From Turneriella sp. (GTDB lineage: Bacteria > Spirochaetota > Leptospiria > Turneriellales > Turneriellaceae): a stretch of 64,000 nucleotides of DNA. This document shows positions 36,607-46,744 of the stretch, in pieces (position 1 is the first letter of the stretch; every line of letters begins with the position of its first letter). A model generated the notes under the pieces. The model did no database searches, had not been told where the DNA came from, and saw nothing but the letters and a program-made list of their open reading frames with translations. The position numbers were made by a program, and so were the translations under genes. The stretch covers positions 704,001 through 768,000 of the forward strand of contig CBDIID010000003.1 in the NCBI GenBank assembly GCA_965279515.1, written 5' to 3'.

Positions 36607-38753
36607 CACGCCGGCATAAGATCATTTGTATTGCCCTGACGGGTTTAACCGCAGCCCTGTTCTGGCCGATCCCCGAACCAAGGCTGCACCGCCTTTACCC
36701 GCTGCGCTTTTTCTCCAAAGAGAAGATTCTGCTGCGGGAATTCCGCAATCCCGCCGGCGCCTATGGTTCGTCGCTGCCGCTCTCCGAATACCCTAAGCCG
36801 CTCATCCGCGCCGTGATCGCGGCAGAAGATGCGCGTTTTATCGGGCATTGCGGTATCGATTTTGTCGCCATGGCACGCGCCGCGCTGGATAACCTGCGGC
36901 AGAGCCGCATCCGCTCAGGAGCATCGACGATCACACAGCAACTCGCACGCACCATCTACGCCGAGGCCCTGCCTCAAAACCGCATCCTGAAAAAGATCGG
37001 CGAAATTGCTATAGCCTTTAAGATAACCCTTACCGTCCCGAAGTCGCAGACCCTGGAGGCTTACCTGAACCAGGTTGCGATGCCGCTCAATTCCACAGGC
37101 CTCGCCGCGGCAGCCGAACGTATCTTCGGCAAACATGTCACACTGCTCAGTGATGAGGAGACAGTTGGCCTCGCCGTCATGATTCGTTCGGGAAGCTTCG
37201 CACGTTTTGAAGCCAAATTCCTGTCGCTTTGGGCAAAGCTTTACCCCGGTAAAACACCAGACTTAGCCCACCTGCACTCCGCTTTAGAGAAGATCGCGCC
37301 GCCCCGGACCGCATCGCTCACAGGTTCAGAGCATTTCATTAGCTGGCTCAGCGAAAACCGGCTGCCCACTTACGGGGAAATCCGCAGCGAAATCTCGGCG
37401 AACATGAATCAGCGCATCGCCGAAATTATCCGCAATGAAATGCGCGCGATCTACGAAGCCGGCGCCGATCATGCGGCCGTGGTTGTCATCGAAAAAACCG
37501 GGGGCGACGATATTCTCCGCGCGATGGTCGGCTCTGCGGATTTTTTTTCCGAGGCCGGCGGTGAAATCAACCATGCGGTGCGCATCCGTTCTGCCGGCAG
37601 CACGCTGAAACCGTTTGTCTATGGGCTGGGTTTTGACCAAAAGCTCTTCGCTGCCAGCACTGTATTTTTCGACGGTGAAACGGCATTGGCGACCGGGCGC
37701 GAGCACGAGACCTACCGTCCGCAGAATAACGACATGCGCTTCTGGGGCCAGATGACGCTGCGCGAGGCGCTGGTCTCTTCGCGCAATATTCCCGCACTCG
37801 CGGCGGCTGAAAAAGCAGGCATCGACAACCTGCTGGTGTTGCTGCGGCGGGGTGGCCTGACGCACCTCACGCACAATGCGGATCATTATGGCCCGGGGCT
37901 TGCCCTCGGCAGCGGCGGCATAACCCTGCTGCAGTTGGCAAGGCTCTATTCTGCAATCGCATCTGCGGGCATGCTGCACCCGCTCAGAATCGGTGAGGAT
38001 GGTACCGGGAGGGCACTGCGCATCGGCGCAAGAGACAGGCTTTTATCCGAAGAAACTGCAGCGCGGCTGACGCACATGCTCACCGACCGGGCACTGAGGC
38101 GCCGCGCCTTCGGCAAACGTAACTTCCTGGATTTCCCCTTTCCCGTCGCAGCTAAAACCGGAACTTCCAAGGACTACCGCGACGGCTGGGTTGCAGGTTT
38201 CACTCCGCGTTTCACCATTGCCGTCTGGGTAGGTAATTCCCAGGGCATACCCATGCGTTCGGTCAGCGGCGCCTGGGGTGCAGGCCGCATTTTCCACCAG
38301 GTGATGCGCCTCGTCAACGCTGGTGCGCACCAGCAGTTCGCCGCCCATTCCCGGATGCAGGAAATCCGCGTCTGCAGAAAGAGCGGCCTCAAGGCCTCTG
38401 AAAGTTGCCCGTCACACGCTGAGCTGTCGGCGCCAGGGGAAAAAACCGCCGGGTTTTGCCAGTTGCGCCATGGCAGCGCCGAGCTGCAGGATGAAACCCT
38501 GCCGCGGTTAATTTCTCCGTCACCCGGTGAGCGCTATGTATTACATCCGAATGAATCCGCCGCGCGGCAGGAAATCCCCATCATTATCCACGGTACGGGA
38601 AAAACCGCGTTTGCCTATGCGCTCGACAATGAAACACCGCGAACGGCGCAAGGCGAGGTCAGGGATTTCAGGCGCCTGGCTGGCGGAGATTATATTCTGC
38701 GCGTTTTTGCGGGTGGCGAAGTTCTCGAAGAAATAAATTTTTCCGTCAGGTGA
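36603..38753 (+). CDS. pbpC: Penicillin-binding protein 1C (transglycosylase/transpeptidase)
   Basis: AEDARF..H.GID and GASTITQQLAR; SxxK (GSTLKP), SRN and KTGT; follows the A2M gene. Confidence 0.92.
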   Translation: MTRRHKIICIALTGLTAALFWPIPEPRLHRLYPLRFFSKEKILLREFRNPAGAYGSSLPLSEYPKPLIRAVIAAEDARFIGHCGIDFVAMARAALDNLRQSRIRSGASTITQQLARTIYAEALPQNRILKKIGEIAIAFKITLTVPKSQTLEAYLNQVAMPLNSTGLAAAAERIFGKHVTLLSDEETVGLAVMIRSGSFARFEAKFLSLWAKLYPGKTPDLAHLHSALEKIAPPRTASLTGSEHFISWLSENRLPTYGEIRSEISANMNQRIAEIIRNEMRAIYEAGADHAAVVVIEKTGGDDILRAMVGSADFFSEAGGEINHAVRIRSAGSTLKPFVYGLGFDQKLFAASTVFFDGETALATGREHETYRPQNNDMRFWGQMTLREALVSSRNIPALAAAEKAGIDNLLVLLRRGGLTHLTHNADHYGPGLALGSGGITLLQLARLYSAIASAGMLHPLRIGEDGTGRALRIGARDRLLSEETAARLTHMLTDRALRRRAFGKRNFLDFPFPVAAKTGTSKDYRDGWVAGFTPRFTIAVWVGNSQGIPMRSVSGAWGAGRIFHQVMRLVNAGAHQQFAAHSRMQEIRVCRKSGLKASESCPSHAELSAPGEKTAGFCQLRHGSAELQDETLPRLISPSPGERYVLHPNESAARQEIPIIIHGTGKTAFAYALDNETPRTAQGEVRDFRRLAGGDYILRVFAGGEVLEEINFSVR

Positions 38754-38755
38754 GG

Positions 38756-40021
38756 TTACTCTACCGGGCGGTGCAAACGGTAGTCTGCCAGCGTACGGAT
38801 ATAATAATCTACCCCGGGGGTCGCGGGCGCGCCGGACTTATTCTCAATCTGTTCGCGTGCGAGCTGCCGCTCGGCCCTGAGGCAGACATCGCGGATCGCC
38901 CGCACAGACAGGCCTTCCATCTGGTTCGCCAGGTCTGCGTTTGCTTCGGCTGCAAGCTGCTTCGCATAGAAGTTTAAAAGTTCGCGGATGTCTTCGACGG
39001 CGGGTTCGTTAAATTCCAGAATGCTGTCGAAGCGCGACAAGAGCGCGCTGTCTAAATCTTGCGGGCGGTTGGTCGCGCCAACGGTGATGATATTCGACTG
39101 CGTCTCCAATCCGTCAATTTTACGGAGCAGTACAGACAAGAGCCGGCGCGAAGCTTCAAAAAGTTTCTCATTGCGCGAAGGTGCCAGGGCGTCGATCTCG
39201 TCGAGGAACAGGATCAGCGGTTCGCGGTAGGTCATGGCGACGTCGAAGATACTTGCCAACCGTTTCGTCGACTCGCCGTAATAGGCAGAGAGAATATTTT
39301 CCAGCGGCACATGGACGACCACGAGCCCCGCTTCTTTGCCGACGTGGCGCGCCATGGTGGTTTTGCCCGTGCCGGGCGGGCCGGTAAAAAGCACCGCGCG
39401 CGGGCGATTGATGGAAAACTGCGTGCGCGTCGCCGCTGCGATCTTATCGTAGATCTCGGGGTTCTTCAGCGGCAGAATCAGCGTCTCGCGCAGTTTCTCG
39501 CGCAGGCGCTTAAAGGCCGCAATGTCCTGGAGTTTTTCGCCTGGCCGGTAGACATGGCAACCCATCTCTGCGAGCTCTGACAAAGCGTCAGCCGCGCGTG
39601 CCCGCCCCAGCGCCCGCTTGAGCAAGGTCGTGATGAGTGACAGCTCGGCGGGCATCAGGGCGCCCTTCTTCGTAATTTCAAGCGCCTTCTCGCCATAGAG
39701 ACCCGAGATGCGGATTTTGATTTTATCCAAAAGCGCTTCGGTCGAAAACAGGTTCTCGTTCAGCGCCTGGATCGAGAGAAAAGATTTTTCAAAGGTATGG
39801 ATGCGCCAGTTTTCAATATGGCGCTTGGCGATCGCAATGGTATCGATCAGCAGCGCATCGGTGACTTCGGCGACCTCAGTACGCAGGTTAAAATCGGAGC
39901 GTTCGAAGCTGACGGCGATTTTCTGCACGTCGATGCCGATCTCTTGCGCGACGCGGTCGAGTTCGGCGCGGATCTCACTCAGCTGCACACCGGGGTTTGT
40001 CTTGGGAGCGGCTTCTGCCAT
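38756..40021 (-). CDS. Classic-clade AAA+ ATPase with an unknown N-terminal region
   Basis: GPPGTGKT, FLDEIDAL and SRH GATNRPQDLDSALLSRFD. Confidence 0.88.
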   Translation of the reverse strand: MAEAAPKTNPGVQLSEIRAELDRVAQEIGIDVQKIAVSFERSDFNLRTEVAEVTDALLIDTIAIAKRHIENWRIHTFEKSFLSIQALNENLFSTEALLDKIKIRISGLYGEKALEITKKGALMPAELSLITTLLKRALGRARAADALSELAEMGCHVYRPGEKLQDIAAFKRLREKLRETLILPLKNPEIYDKIAAATRTQFSINRPRAVLFTGPPGTGKTTMARHVGKEAGLVVVHVPLENILSAYYGESTKRLASIFDVAMTYREPLILFLDEIDALAPSRNEKLFEASRRLLSVLLRKIDGLETQSNIITVGATNRPQDLDSALLSRFDSILEFNEPAVEDIRELLNFYAKQLAAEANADLANQMEGLSVRAIRDVCLRAERQLAREQIENKSGAPATPGVDYYIRTLADYRLHRPVE

Positions 40022-40066
40022 AGTATGCGGCAGAAACCGTCGCGCCAATGCGGCGCCAAGAAATTG

Positions 40067-42358
40067 TCAGCTCGCCTTTTTGAGAAACGCCGCCTCAAAT
40101 TCAGACCAGTGTATCGGCTTACCAAACAGGTAACCCTGGTATGCCGAGCAGCCATGCTTGCGGAGGAAATCCCTCTGTTCGTCTGTTTCGACGCCCTCGG
40201 CGATGATATCGAGCTTCAGGTTCTTCGCCATACCGATAATCGTCTGCACAAGGATTGCATCGTTGGGATCCGTAGTGATGTCGCGCACAAATGCCTGGTC
40301 GATCTTGAGCTGGGTCAGCGGCAGGCGCTTCAGGTAAGACAATGAGGATTGCCCCGTGCCGAAATCGTCGAGCGACAGGCCGATACCGAAGCCGCGCAGT
40401 GTCTGCATACGCTCCACGGTGTCCCCGATATTTTCGAGCGCAAGGCTTTCGGTGAGTTCGAGTTTGAGGCGCGTCGCGTCGATACCCGCCTGTGCCAGTA
40501 TTTTCCCCAGGCCGCGCGCAAAATCCGGCTGGCGAAACTGCCGGGCGCTGACGTTGACCGCGAGGGACAGGTGCTGCGTCTCGGGCATTTTCGCCCACGC
40601 TTTCAGGATATTTATCGATTCGCGCATCACCCAGTCGCCGATTTCAACAATGAGACCGGTGCGCTCGGCTGCAGGTATGAATTCGAGCGGCGGTATCATG
40701 CCGCGCAGCGGATGCCGCCAGCGCAGCAGCACCTCGGCGCCGGTGAGCTGGTCGATGTCGATCTGCGGCTGCAGGAATATCTCCAGCTGGTCCGCCTGGA
40801 TCGCCTGTTTGAGATCTTCTTCGAGCGTCAGGCGCTCAGAAAGCAGTTTTTGCATGGTCGGGTCGAAGAAGCGGAATGTGTCACGACCATCGGCCTTCGC
40901 CTGGTACATCGCCATATCGGCGCGGCGCAAGAGCTCGTCGACAGTCGTCTCGTGCCCCAAAAACGCCGCGACGCCAATGCTACAGGTATTCTCATAGTCG
41001 GTCATCTGCCGGTATGAAAGCGCGACGGGAAGACTCAGCGTATGGAGAATACGCTGCGTAATCTCGGTAGTCTCTTCAACGGCCGCCTCGGCGTCGGCCG
41101 CCAGTTCACCGAGGATAATGATGAATTCGTCACCACCCAGGCGCGCGACGGTGTCGCCCTCGCGCACACAGAGGCGCAGGCGCCGCGCCTGCTGTATCAG
41201 CAGTTCATCCCCCGCTTCATGCCCCTTGGTGTCGTTGAGATTCTTGAAATGGTCGAGGTCGATAAAGAGCAGTGCGCCGCGCAGCCCCGTGCGTGCACTG
41301 AGTGCCAGTGCCTGTTCGAGGCGGTCGAGCAGCAGCCGTCGGTTTGGCAGTGAAGTCAGCGGATCATAGAACGCGAGGTTTTCGACCTGCTCTTCGGCGA
41401 GCCGGCGCTCCGTGACATCGTGCACGGCACCCAGAAGTTCGACGACTGCACCGGTTTTTTCGTCGCGGATCGGACGCACATGGTCGCGCAGCCAGACCGT
41501 GCGGCCCTCGGCAGAAACGATGCGGTATTCGGAAATAATCGATTCACCGTCGAGCAGCGTCGGCATGCGCCGCTGCATCGCCTCGCGATCGTCAGGGTGC
41601 ACGATCGCCATCCACCCGCCCTTGAGAGCGAGTTCATCCAGCGCATAACCCGTGATGCGCTGGAACGAGCCGGCAAAAATCTTCGGAACAAGGTTGGGCT
41701 TGCGCAGGTCGACCTGGTAGACATAATCGGAGGAAAGCTCGGTGAAGAGTTTCAGGATACGCTCTTTATCTTCGAGCATACGTTCGCGTTCGGTCGCTTC
41801 ATCCAGAAGCTGTTGCGTATGTCTGAGGCTCTTCTCCATTCTGTTTACTACGAATGAAATGAGCGCAGAGATAATACAACTGACGGTCATAAAGCCAAAA
41901 GACACGCTGACCCAGTGCAGGGGCACCGACGTGCCGGGGGGCAACGTGCTCGGCTGGATCGGCAAACCCGGTGCAATCCAGTAGGCGATGCTGATGAGCC
42001 CCGCCGTACCCAGACCAACCACCGTGAGTGCGCCCCAAAGCCGGTAATACGCCGCGGCGATTGTAACCCCGGTGTGCATAACCAGAAGCGGACCCGGGCG
42101 GGGTTCGGGGGTCATCGTCGAAATCCAAAGACCGATCAGTAGCATGTTGCTGATCATTACCGGAATCAGTAATCTGTAATGCACCCTCGCCAGCAAAAAT
42201 CCGGTGACGACAATCAGGTAGCTCAGCAGGTATATACCGAAGGCATCAGCCCGCCAGTCGAGGCGATAAAACCGCAGCACGCAGTTCGCCACGCCGCCAA
42301 TGACGGAAATCAGCGCCAGACGACGCGCAAGTTTAGTTTCCCACTGGGTGGTCTGCAT
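40067..42358 (-). CDS. Membrane-bound PAS-GGDEF-EAL diguanylate cyclase/phosphodiesterase
   Basis: N-terminal TM bundle, PAS (VHPDDRE..DVTERR), YDPLTSLPNR, I-site REGD plus GGDEF, EVLLRW, DDFGTG and AEGVET. Confidence 0.95.
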   Translation of the reverse strand: MQTTQWETKLARRLALISVIGGVANCVLRFYRLDWRADAFGIYLLSYLIVVTGFLLARVHYRLLIPVMISNMLLIGLWISTMTPEPRPGPLLVMHTGVTIAAAYYRLWGALTVVGLGTAGLISIAYWIAPGLPIQPSTLPPGTSVPLHWVSVSFGFMTVSCIISALISFVVNRMEKSLRHTQQLLDEATERERMLEDKERILKLFTELSSDYVYQVDLRKPNLVPKIFAGSFQRITGYALDELALKGGWMAIVHPDDREAMQRRMPTLLDGESIISEYRIVSAEGRTVWLRDHVRPIRDEKTGAVVELLGAVHDVTERRLAEEQVENLAFYDPLTSLPNRRLLLDRLEQALALSARTGLRGALLFIDLDHFKNLNDTKGHEAGDELLIQQARRLRLCVREGDTVARLGGDEFIIILGELAADAEAAVEETTEITQRILHTLSLPVALSYRQMTDYENTCSIGVAAFLGHETTVDELLRRADMAMYQAKADGRDTFRFFDPTMQKLLSERLTLEEDLKQAIQADQLEIFLQPQIDIDQLTGAEVLLRWRHPLRGMIPPLEFIPAAERTGLIVEIGDWVMRESINILKAWAKMPETQHLSLAVNVSARQFRQPDFARGLGKILAQAGIDATRLKLELTESLALENIGDTVERMQTLRGFGIGLSLDDFGTGQSSLSYLKRLPLTQLKIDQAFVRDITTDPNDAILVQTIIGMAKNLKLDIIAEGVETDEQRDFLRKHGCSAYQGYLFGKPIHWSEFEAAFLKKAS

Positions 42359-42375
42359 TATAACCTTTGAAAAAG

Positions 42376-42390
42376 GCAACTTGGGTGCCA
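42376..42390 (-). promoter_or_regulatory. Candidate sigma54 (-24/-12) promoter of the GGDEF-EAL gene
   Basis: Minus strand reads TGGCAC-CCAAG-TTGC with correct GG-N10-GC spacing, ending 18 nt before the ATG. Confidence 0.6.
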
Positions 42391-42468
42391 GAAGCCCTTT
42401 TCAAAAGCTACGGTTAGCGTTAGCGGTTTTAGCGCAGAGGGTCGCTGTGAAAAGTCTAAATTGCAACT

Positions 42469-43626
42469 TCAGTCGCCATCGCCGCTGATTGCCAGCCGCT
42501 TGCCGGGCTGCACGCCGAGTTCCTTGAGTTTTTCGGCTGCGCCCACCAGATTGCCCCTGCCCGTCGACAGCTTCTTCATCGCTTCATCGTAGGTTTTTCT
42601 GGTCGTATCGAGCTGGCTGCCCACCTTTTGCAGATCGTCGACAAAGCCGGCAAATTTATCGAATAACACTGCGCCCTGCTTCGCAATCTCACGCGAATTT
42701 TTGTTCTGCTCTTCTTGCCGCCAGATATTCTGCACCAGCTTGAGCGCCGCAAGCAGCGTCGCCGGCGAGAGCAGGATAATCTTCTTCTGGAAGGCAAATT
42801 CATAGATTTCGGGGTCGTGGTTCATGGCCTCGAGAAAAGCCGCTTCGATCGGAATAAACATAAAGACAAAATCGGGAGTATTGAGTCCCTCAAGCCCTTC
42901 ATAGCCCTTTTCGGCGAGGCCCTTGATGTGGGTACGCACCGACGCCGCGTGGGATTTCAACAGTTCTTCGCGGTTGGCATCCGCAGCGCCTAATTTTTCG
43001 AAATGCACCAGGGAAACCTTGGAATCGATGACGACATTTTTGTTGTCGGGCAGGTAGACAACGACGTCGGGTTTGAAACGGCCTTCTTCGCCTTTCAGCG
43101 AAACCTGGATCTTGTATTCCTTGTCGCGCCTAAGGCCCGAGGCCTCGAGAATTTTTTCGAGCACAAGCTCGCCCCAGTTGCCGCGCGTCTTCGATTCGCC
43201 GCGCAGGGCCTCGGTTAACCGCTTGGCCTCGCTGCCCAGGGTCTGGTTAATTTCTGTCAATTGCCTGAGTTTTTCTTCGAGGCGGCCCGAATCTTTTTTC
43301 TGCTCCTGCACATTCTGCTCTATGGCTTTTTGGAACTCGCCCAAACGGCTCTGCAGGGGATTAAGTAAGGTGGCAAAATTCTGCTGCGCGTCGGCATTCA
43401 CCTTGCGCGAGCTGTCGACGAGAATCTGGTTAGCGATCTTTGAAAAATCTTCCTGAAATTTTTGCGATGCTGCACCGTTCTCGTTCTCGAGTTTCTGGAT
43501 ACGCTCCTTGAGCATGTGATTTTCCGTCAGCGCAGCTGTCGACGCCGCCTTGCCCATAAGTTTACCGATGATAATTCCCAGGGCAAGACCCAGGAGCAAG
43601 GCGATGACGATAAAGAGTAGTTCCAT
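42469..43626 (-). CDS. rmuC: DNA recombination protein RmuC
   Basis: KTRGNWGELVLE, PDVVVYLP..IDSKVSL, DFVFMFIPIE and LSTGRGNL. Confidence 0.95.
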   Translation of the reverse strand: MELLFIVIALLLGLALGIIIGKLMGKAASTAALTENHMLKERIQKLENENGAASQKFQEDFSKIANQILVDSSRKVNADAQQNFATLLNPLQSRLGEFQKAIEQNVQEQKKDSGRLEEKLRQLTEINQTLGSEAKRLTEALRGESKTRGNWGELVLEKILEASGLRRDKEYKIQVSLKGEEGRFKPDVVVYLPDNKNVVIDSKVSLVHFEKLGAADANREELLKSHAASVRTHIKGLAEKGYEGLEGLNTPDFVFMFIPIEAAFLEAMNHDPEIYEFAFQKKIILLSPATLLAALKLVQNIWRQEEQNKNSREIAKQGAVLFDKFAGFVDDLQKVGSQLDTTRKTYDEAMKKLSTGRGNLVGAAEKLKELGVQPGKRLAISGDGD

Positions 43627-43689
43627 GGGTTCAGGTGTCAGCCAGTTTAAGGCGCCTATTCAACCTGTTAACTGAAATACACGGCATCT

Positions 43690-45060
43690 TCAGAATGCCA
43701 GATCAGACGAGCGCCTGCCCCACGAGGCGAGAGCCTGCGCATCACGGCTCGCGGGAAAATTACGGTAATGTAAATACACGGCTGGCATGCGCGCCAGAGT
43801 TCCGGTCACTGCGGCGGCAAAGACCGGATCGCGCATAAAGCCTGTGAGCAGCGAAAAGCCGGTATCCAGCGAGGGCGTCGGAAACACCTGCCTGATGCCG
43901 GCAATCATCATCGTTTCATTCATCAGCCCGTAACGGAACATCTTGGCGATTTCTTCCGCTGTCAACTTCTGTGAAAACTTACGGAACAGATTATAACTCG
44001 CCAGCAGGGCGCCCATGGTTCGCTGGAAAGTGCAACAATACCGCCACAATACATCCGCATCACCCGGGTCCGGCGCACCGGCCACGGCATCGGCAAGCAT
44101 TTTTGCCGCCTGCAATGCCGGCATAACGCCGCTGCCATGCGTGGAGAAAACCTGATTGGCTGCGGCCCCGACGACGGCTATGCCCGAGGCAGTGAGTTGC
44201 GGTAGCGGAGCCTGCAGCGGAATTGTACCACCACCGCTGTGGATCATTTTACCCACCCAGGGATGATCGGCGGCAAATTTTTTCAGCATCTGCGGCCCCG
44301 TGAGGTGATTTCCATCGCTGACCGAACCTGCCAAAAGCCCCACCTCTGACAGGTCGCGGGAAATTTGCACACTCATCGTCGAGTAGCCGCCTTCGCTGCC
44401 CAGGATGCTGATCAGCGAACCGGGCTGCACACCGAGACGATCGAGAAATTCCCGGGCGGCGGCCGGGTCACCGATATGGCAATTTTGCTGTTGAGCGATG
44501 CAGAGATCACTCTTTATATCATCACCCTGCAGTTCCAGCGCCGCTACGCGTCCACGCAGGGCACCACCAAGCCCCGCAGCGTCGACAAACAGCCTGGCCC
44601 GTATCGCAACGTCGGCTGGCGCTCCGGGTTGTTCGCTGGACCGGTGAAACCTTAATTCGACCGGGCGCTCGCCTTCAAAGATGACATCGGCCAGGCTCAT
44701 TCTGTCGAAACCCATTGCCCCGGCAGCAAATGCCTCACGGTTGAGGCGATCGATGAATGGCCGCATGCGCACGTTAGTAAAGCCACTTGCTTCCACCTGC
44801 AATCGCTCCTTCAGATCTGCAGAGAAGAACACGATCGGAAAATCTGCCGCTTCAACTTCATCGCCATCCGGTGGCGCAAGCTGCAGGGCTTTGAAAGCAG
44901 CGAGATGAAGACCATTGACCCAGGATGGGCCCGCCTTTGCGAATTCGCGGCGTTCAATCAGCGCGACGCGGAAACCCGAACGCGCATGAAAAAGTGCACT
45001 GGCGGCACCCGCCGGCCCAGCCCCCAGAACGGCCACATCAAATTCGTGGATCTGCATCAC
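43690..45060 (-). CDS. FAD-dependent oxidoreductase (geranylgeranyl reductase-like)
   Basis: VLGAGPAG..IER, FVDAAG and a GD-like box VVGAAANQ..HGSG. Confidence 0.75.
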   Translation of the reverse strand: MMQIHEFDVAVLGAGPAGAASALFHARSGFRVALIERREFAKAGPSWVNGLHLAAFKALQLAPPDGDEVEAADFPIVFFSADLKERLQVEASGFTNVRMRPFIDRLNREAFAAGAMGFDRMSLADVIFEGERPVELRFHRSSEQPGAPADVAIRARLFVDAAGLGGALRGRVAALELQGDDIKSDLCIAQQQNCHIGDPAAAREFLDRLGVQPGSLISILGSEGGYSTMSVQISRDLSEVGLLAGSVSDGNHLTGPQMLKKFAADHPWVGKMIHSGGGTIPLQAPLPQLTASGIAVVGAAANQVFSTHGSGVMPALQAAKMLADAVAGAPDPGDADVLWRYCCTFQRTMGALLASYNLFRKFSQKLTAEEIAKMFRYGLMNETMMIAGIRQVFPTPSLDTGFSLLTGFMRDPVFAAAVTGTLARMPAVYLHYRNFPASRDAQALASWGRRSSDLAF

Positions 45061-45075
45061 ATACCTCGCGGCCCG

Positions 45076-45669
45076 TTAAACCGGGAGCAGACATTCCCCG
45101 GCTTCTTCAAAGCCCGTCATACAATTGATCAGTTTCAGCTTTGGGTATTTTCCCTTGCGCACGTGTTCGGCCAAAATCACCGCTGTTGAAATCTGCCCCA
45201 GAGCCAGGGCCGCAGCACGCGCTGTGCCTTCGAGCAGCGGCCGCGCAGGCGTCAGCCAGCGCTGGCCGTCATAGAGGCAGACATTGGCATAAATGGCATC
45301 GGTCACGAGCCCTGCCTGCACGATAATGGGTTGCACGCCCCGCGCCACCTGATTGCGCAGGGCATCGAGTTCCGTGCGATCGGCATACTTAAAGCGGTAA
45401 TCGAGACCATCGGCCAGAACCAGGTCTGTTTTCTCTACGGCGTGCCGCACATAGGGATCGATGTCGATGGAAAATATTTCACGGCCATACGTCACACGCA
45501 CCTTAAACAATCCCGAGGCAGGCAAAGCGCGGTGCGTGAGCTGTGCGGCGAGATCTATACGCGCCGCTCTTCCGAAATGCGCCAGTAAAGTCAGGTCAAG
45601 CCGTCGCTGGTGCAATGGCAGATTTTTGATTTCACCCTGTTCGAGGCGCAGCGATTCGATAAATTTCAT
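45076..45669 (-). CDS. Class IV aminotransferase / 4-amino-4-deoxychorismate lyase-like
   Basis: FIESLRL..HQRRL, YRFKYADR, TD..YANV and TPARPLLEGTARA; coupled to the pabB-like gene. Confidence 0.8.
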   Translation of the reverse strand: MKFIESLRLEQGEIKNLPLHQRRLDLTLLAHFGRAARIDLAAQLTHRALPASGLFKVRVTYGREIFSIDIDPYVRHAVEKTDLVLADGLDYRFKYADRTELDALRNQVARGVQPIIVQAGLVTDAIYANVCLYDGQRWLTPARPLLEGTARAAALALGQISTAVILAEHVRKGKYPKLKLINCMTGFEEAGECLLPV

Positions 45670-46688
45670 ACCGGTAAATAGACCTTGTGGAGCATCTCCC
45701 GATATTCGGCGTCAGGGTCGCTGTAAATCGTAATCCCCGCGCCGCTGCGGAATTTGAGCGTGGCGCCGGTGAAATCGAGATAGCGGATCAGCACACAGCT
45801 GTAAAAATTTGTCCCGTCGAAAACTGCTGCAATGCCCGTAAAAAAACCGCGCGGCTCGCTTTCATGCGCACGGATGAGTTCGACGGTTTTCTTTTTGGGT
45901 GCCCCCGTGATTGACCCCGCGGGCAAGAGCTGCGGCAGCCATTCGCCGATGCGGCCCTGCCAACCCGGGCCCATGCGGCCCTGAATCTCGGTACTTGTCT
46001 GGTAGAGAATACGTCCATCAGCCTGCGCTATTTCGGTCAGGTAGCGGTAGCGCCCGATGCGGATATCCCCTGCGACGCGGCCGAGGTCGTTTCTGAGCAG
46101 GTCGACAATCGTGGCATGCTCGGCCTGCTCTTTGCTGTCCGCCAGAAGCGCCGCGGCGTCAAAGCCGGTACCCTTCATGGGTGTCGTCGCGATCGTGTCA
46201 TTAACCAGGGTGACGAAGGCTTCGGGAGAAAAGCTTAGAAACTCATCTTCGAGCCAGACCGTGAAGGGTGCGCTGGATGCCTCAAACAAAACTGCAGGAT
46301 TCGCCGATACCGACACTTCTGTCTGTGAACACATATTCACCAAGTACGAGTATCCCTCTCCCAATTCCTTTTGCAGGCTGCGGATAGCCGCCACGATATC
46401 GGCCTTTGCGGGGGGTGTGAGAACTTTGAGTACGGGCTTGCTGGCCCCATTTTCGGCCGCCAAACCGCCATGGTGCGGCGCAAAATTCAACTTAAAGCGC
46501 AAGAAGCCCGCACCGAGGGATATCCCACCTTGAAAAAAGCCCGAATTCACTGTGAAATCGCCCTGTTTTAGGGGTTCGGCGAGTAAATTACCATCAAAAT
46601 CAACCAGCGCGAAAAAGGGGGTCTTATTATGTCCCCACGCAGAAAGCCTTGAAAAATCGGGGGAAAAATTGAATTTTTTTATGGACAC
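45666..46688 (-). CDS. pabB: Aminodeoxychorismate synthase component I-like (chorismate-binding)
   Basis: SFSPEAF, PMKGT, KEQAEHATIVDLLRNDL, PAGSITGAPK and SGAGIT. Confidence 0.85.
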   Translation of the reverse strand: MSIKKFNFSPDFSRLSAWGHNKTPFFALVDFDGNLLAEPLKQGDFTVNSGFFQGGISLGAGFLRFKLNFAPHHGGLAAENGASKPVLKVLTPPAKADIVAAIRSLQKELGEGYSYLVNMCSQTEVSVSANPAVLFEASSAPFTVWLEDEFLSFSPEAFVTLVNDTIATTPMKGTGFDAAALLADSKEQAEHATIVDLLRNDLGRVAGDIRIGRYRYLTEIAQADGRILYQTSTEIQGRMGPGWQGRIGEWLPQLLPAGSITGAPKKKTVELIRAHESEPRGFFTGIAAVFDGTNFYSCVLIRYLDFTGATLKFRSGAGITIYSDPDAEYREMLHKVYLPV

Positions 46689-46744
46689 TTCTGGTCGAAG
46701 CTGTAAGATAACTGTGAGACGTAAAGGATCTGGTAGGAGGATTA

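Noticed and set aside
38756..40021. AAA ATPase as part of a defence system
   Set aside because: No partner protease, nuclease or other defence gene is adjacent; motifs are those of a generic classic-clade AAA protein.
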